This document shows positions 35,537 through 38,133 of a stretch of 38,133 bases of DNA, one piece after another. How positions within the stretch are numbered: position 1 is the first letter of the stretch; every line of letters begins with the position of its first letter. The DNA is taken from positions 1 to 38,133 of the IMG/VR virus record IMGVR_UViG_3300031836_000031, one strand, 5' to 3'. The DNA is from a virus. Lineage: Duplodnaviria > Caudoviricetes. The notes beneath the pieces are model-generated. The model was given only the letters and a program-made list of their open reading frames with translations. It was not told where the DNA came from and did not search any database. The translations under genes were made by a program, and so were the position numbers.

Positions 35537-36030
35537 CCGAACAGACCGTGATACTCGCCGGCACCCAGGCGGATGCCGCCGCAATCGCCGAACGCCTCGG
35601 ACTGACCTATGAACAGTGGGTCACCCCCACTACGATCGGCGAAATTCGTGGCCGGTCCGAGGCGCCCGTGTACTTCGACTACGCAACCTTTGAACAAAAC
35701 CCGGCCCGTGAACAATTGCGCGACTGGTTCGCGTGGAAGATCACCCCGCCCGAGATGCGCCCCACACCCCCAATCATGAAAGAAACCATGCCCACCGCAG
35801 AAACTGCCCCGAAAACCCGGAGACCAACACCCCTACACCGCCCCTGGTTCGTCGGCGTCGCCCGCGGGGTCGGCCTCGACTACCTCAACCAGACCGACGG
35901 GAATGTGATCGCTATTGACAAAGACGGCGACAAGTGGACGCCCGACGCTGAGACCGGCATCTGGCGCTGCACCGACCTGGACGACCAGATCGCGCCGGAG
36001 TTCGGCCCGTTCGACGTGTTCGCCGCATGA
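35533..36030 (+). CDS. Hypothetical protein (C-terminal DKDGDKW...GPF module)
   Basis: ATGA overlap. Confidence 0.65.
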   Translation: MTEQTVILAGTQADAAAIAERLGLTYEQWVTPTTIGEIRGRSEAPVYFDYATFEQNPAREQLRDWFAWKITPPEMRPTPPIMKETMPTAETAPKTRRPTPLHRPWFVGVARGVGLDYLNQTDGNVIAIDKDGDKWTPDAETGIWRCTDLDDQIAPEFGPFDVFAA

Positions 36031-36266
36031 GACTACGCAAGATCGCCCAGACCATCGTCACGCTGCGCAAACTCAACATGGAAGGCTACCTGGACAGGCT
36101 CACAGACCGGGACGATTCCAACCCGCGGGCCGCATTCGTCGCCCTCGCCCTCACCCTGCCCAACTCAGTCCAAGCCTCCGGCGGCCTCGTCCGCCGCGTG
36201 ATCCTGCCCGTCTATCGCAAGATTATGCGTGAGGGCATCCTCTCTCAAACTTTTCGCCGCAAATAA
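36027..36266 (+). CDS. Basic hypothetical protein
   Basis: ATGA overlap. Confidence 0.55.
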   Translation: MRLRKIAQTIVTLRKLNMEGYLDRLTDRDDSNPRAAFVALALTLPNSVQASGGLVRRVILPVYRKIMREGILSQTFRRK

Positions 36267-36333
36267 CGCGCGAAAACAACTAAGCCGAAACACCGCCCCA
36301 CCAGGGATAACAAAAATTCAGGAGAAAAACGAA

Positions 36334-36660
36334 ATGAAAACCGCCGAACTGATCGACTATGCAACCGTCGAGCTGCGCTATCCGCTAGAGCAGATGGATA
36401 ACCCCGTTGACCTGATCGACAGGCTACTCGGCGCGCTGACCGAGGCCGTCGAAGCTGCCACGAAGCGCACCGTCACCCTGGCCACGGCTGCCGAGCTGGA
36501 GGCCCTGCCCGACCGCGCCGCCGTCATCGACAAATTCGGCGACGTGCTGCACTACCGTGGCGGACTCTGGTGCAGCTATGAAGCACAGCCGATGGGCTCC
36601 GAGTGGGTCGCCCGCAAGTGCGGACCTGTCACGGTGTTCTACACCCCCGAGGCCCGCTAA
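36334..36660 (+). CDS. Hypothetical protein (ELEALP...VIDKFGD...W...GP module)
   Basis: AGGAG RBS. Confidence 0.75.
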   Translation: MKTAELIDYATVELRYPLEQMDNPVDLIDRLLGALTEAVEAATKRTVTLATAAELEALPDRAAVIDKFGDVLHYRGGLWCSYEAQPMGSEWVARKCGPVTVFYTPEAR

Positions 36661-36911
36661 TGAGCGACACCCACGCCCAGCGCATCCACGAGGGCGTTCA
36701 GAGAGAAGAATCCGCGATCATCGAGCGCGACCTCAAGGCCGCGCTTGGCTGGAAAGCTCGGCTCCCCAAGGCGCTTATCCGCCGAATGGGCCTCGAAGTG
36801 ATCTACCAGCGCAAGGGGTACCGCGCCATATACCGCGGCATCCGCCGAAACGGGAAGTGGATCATCGACCACAACCCGGAATTGCCGTTTATCGAGAGAG
36901 AGGCCCGCTGA
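36660..36911 (+). CDS. Hypothetical protein
   Basis: TAATG coupling. Confidence 0.65.
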   Translation: MSDTHAQRIHEGVQREESAIIERDLKAALGWKARLPKALIRRMGLEVIYQRKGYRAIYRGIRRNGKWIIDHNPELPFIEREAR

Positions 36912-37171
36912 TGAGCATGACCAAAGCCACCCTGACCGAGCTGGCCCGCGTCGCCGCCGAAGTGCAGACACTCACCGCCGAAGTGCTGGCCGAAATCGAA
37001 ACCGGCGGGACTCTGGCCGAAAAAGAACGCGGTAGCTGGGGTAGGGTGCCCTGGCCCAAAGAGGGAGCCCCACGCAGCACCCGCCCCGACGGCGGCAAGA
37101 CTCCCGCAGCGCTCAAACGCCGCTCGATGGATCTCACCCGGCTACTTGCAGAGATTCGGCGGTACAACTGA
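36911..37171 (+). CDS. Hypothetical protein
   Basis: TGATG coupling; the AALKRRSMDLTRLLAEIR motif resembles a phage family I recall. Confidence 0.7.
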   Translation: MSMTKATLTELARVAAEVQTLTAEVLAEIETGGTLAEKERGSWGRVPWPKEGAPRSTRPDGGKTPAALKRRSMDLTRLLAEIRRYN

Positions 37172-37719
37172 TGGGCGCGAACGACGACCGCGAAATGTTG
37201 GAAGTTGCCAAGGAGGAATGCGGCCGGCTGGAAAAAGAGCTGAAAGACACTCAAACCCTGTTTGCGCTTGCGGTTATGAATACAGGCGGGGTGCTCAAGA
37301 TCACCGACCAGGCCTTAGCTGCTGGAGATCGGCTGGAACTGCATGCCGTACGCGACCTGGCGCACAGGTTTACCCGCTTCTGGGTGAGCTACCCCTCAAC
37401 AGAGCAGGCCGCGCCTAGCCTGGCACGTGAGCCCGACAACGTGGCAAAGCTAACCCGGGACCTCGAAGACGCTTACAAGACCATTCGGGCATTCGTGGGA
37501 GAGCCTGAGCCAACCCCCGACAGCCGAAAAAAGCAGAAAGGGGAAGAGGCCGCACCCCGGCCCGGTGACGCTCAGAGCACGCACGCAGGGGAGGGGGAGA
37601 GACTATGTGATGTTTGCCGCCGCCCGTGTGTCTGGCTCAGCCTCGGGCACTGGGCGCACCTCCCCGACGGTGACTGGCAGGAGCCCCGGCACGAGGCAAA
37701 AGTCACGCGGTGGCGCTAA
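37171..37719 (+). CDS. Hypothetical protein (coiled coil plus C-terminal CxxC/His motif)
   Basis: TGATG coupling. Confidence 0.65.
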   Translation: MGANDDREMLEVAKEECGRLEKELKDTQTLFALAVMNTGGVLKITDQALAAGDRLELHAVRDLAHRFTRFWVSYPSTEQAAPSLAREPDNVAKLTRDLEDAYKTIRAFVGEPEPTPDSRKKQKGEEAAPRPGDAQSTHAGEGERLCDVCRRPCVWLSLGHWAHLPDGDWQEPRHEAKVTRWR

Positions 37720-38015
37720 TGAGGAAGCTACCCGCCGACAAGCACGGCAACGAGGGATGGGCCGTCAAAGCGCGCAAGCCTCACCGCTGCGAGTCCCGCA
37801 ATACCGGATGCCCGCTCATCATCGAGCCCGGGGAACACTACTACCGCGGCATCGTCTGGCCCAGCTCCGACTTCTACGAAGGAACCGTGCCCTGGGTGAT
37901 GAAGATATGTCGGGCATGCCTGCACGACGAGATGCGAGCCGACTTCGACGCGATCGTTTCACCGTCCCCGGTAGCTCTGATCAGCACTCAGGGTACTCAG
38001 CCCGAACCGTCTTAG
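37719..38015 (+). CDS. Zinc-finger hypothetical protein
   Basis: KARKPHRC...C..IIEPGEHY...KICRAC. Confidence 0.7.
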   Translation: MRKLPADKHGNEGWAVKARKPHRCESRNTGCPLIIEPGEHYYRGIVWPSSDFYEGTVPWVMKICRACLHDEMRADFDAIVSPSPVALISTQGTQPEPS

Positions 38016-38133
38016 CCTCACGATATGGTTAGGCCAGCAACTACCCACTAAACCGAACGGCGACACATGGCAGAACATAGCGAGGCCAAACCGAAAGGGG
38101 GGCAACGTGGCGGCGGCCGACCGGCTATCGATT
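38008..38133 (+). repeat. Terminal direct repeat, right copy
   Basis: Identical to 18-143; re-enters the start of terS. Confidence 0.95.

Larger units (their letters stand above)
18..38133. mobile_element. Complete tailed (siphovirus-type) actinobacteriophage genome, ~37,990 bp unit
   Basis: Full set of packaging, head, long-tail (TMP), lysis, recombination and replication genes; the two ends overlap; no host genes flank it. Confidence 0.95.

Overview
The window is an essentially complete, GC-rich siphovirus-type actinobacteriophage genome. Positions 18-143 are repeated exactly at 38008-38133, giving a unit length of about 37,990 bp. The host is probably Microbacteriaceae, judged from a very host-like SSB. 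Gene order: terS-terL-portal-[accessory cassette 1]-MuF-like minor capsid-[accessory cassette 2]-scaffold-capsid-neck/tail (with a -1 frameshifted chaperone)-tape measure-baseplate-M23 endolysin-tail spike-holin-like genes, then a short leftward HTH operon, and an early region (YqaJ exonuclease, RecT-like SSAP, HNH, a minimal wHTH initiator with iteron origin, SSB, ThyX, RusA, beta-clamp-like protein, many small ORFs). I saw no integrase, partition system, DNA polymerase, helicase, tRNA or CRISPR. Most striking: the minor capsid gene carries a 276-aa intein (5781-6608). Its homing endonuclease candidate (HTH plus Vsr/DUF559-like nuclease) is encoded on the opposite strand with its own RBS and -10 box, while the sense frame stays open. 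Second: a 14-bp pseudo-palindromic operator (RTTGC-N4-GYAAY) occurs at about a dozen intergenic promoters. These include two small-gene cassettes inserted in the head module and the promoter of an Aca2/DUF1870-like HTH gene, suggesting a genome-wide regulon. All family calls are from motif recognition by eye; no searches were run.
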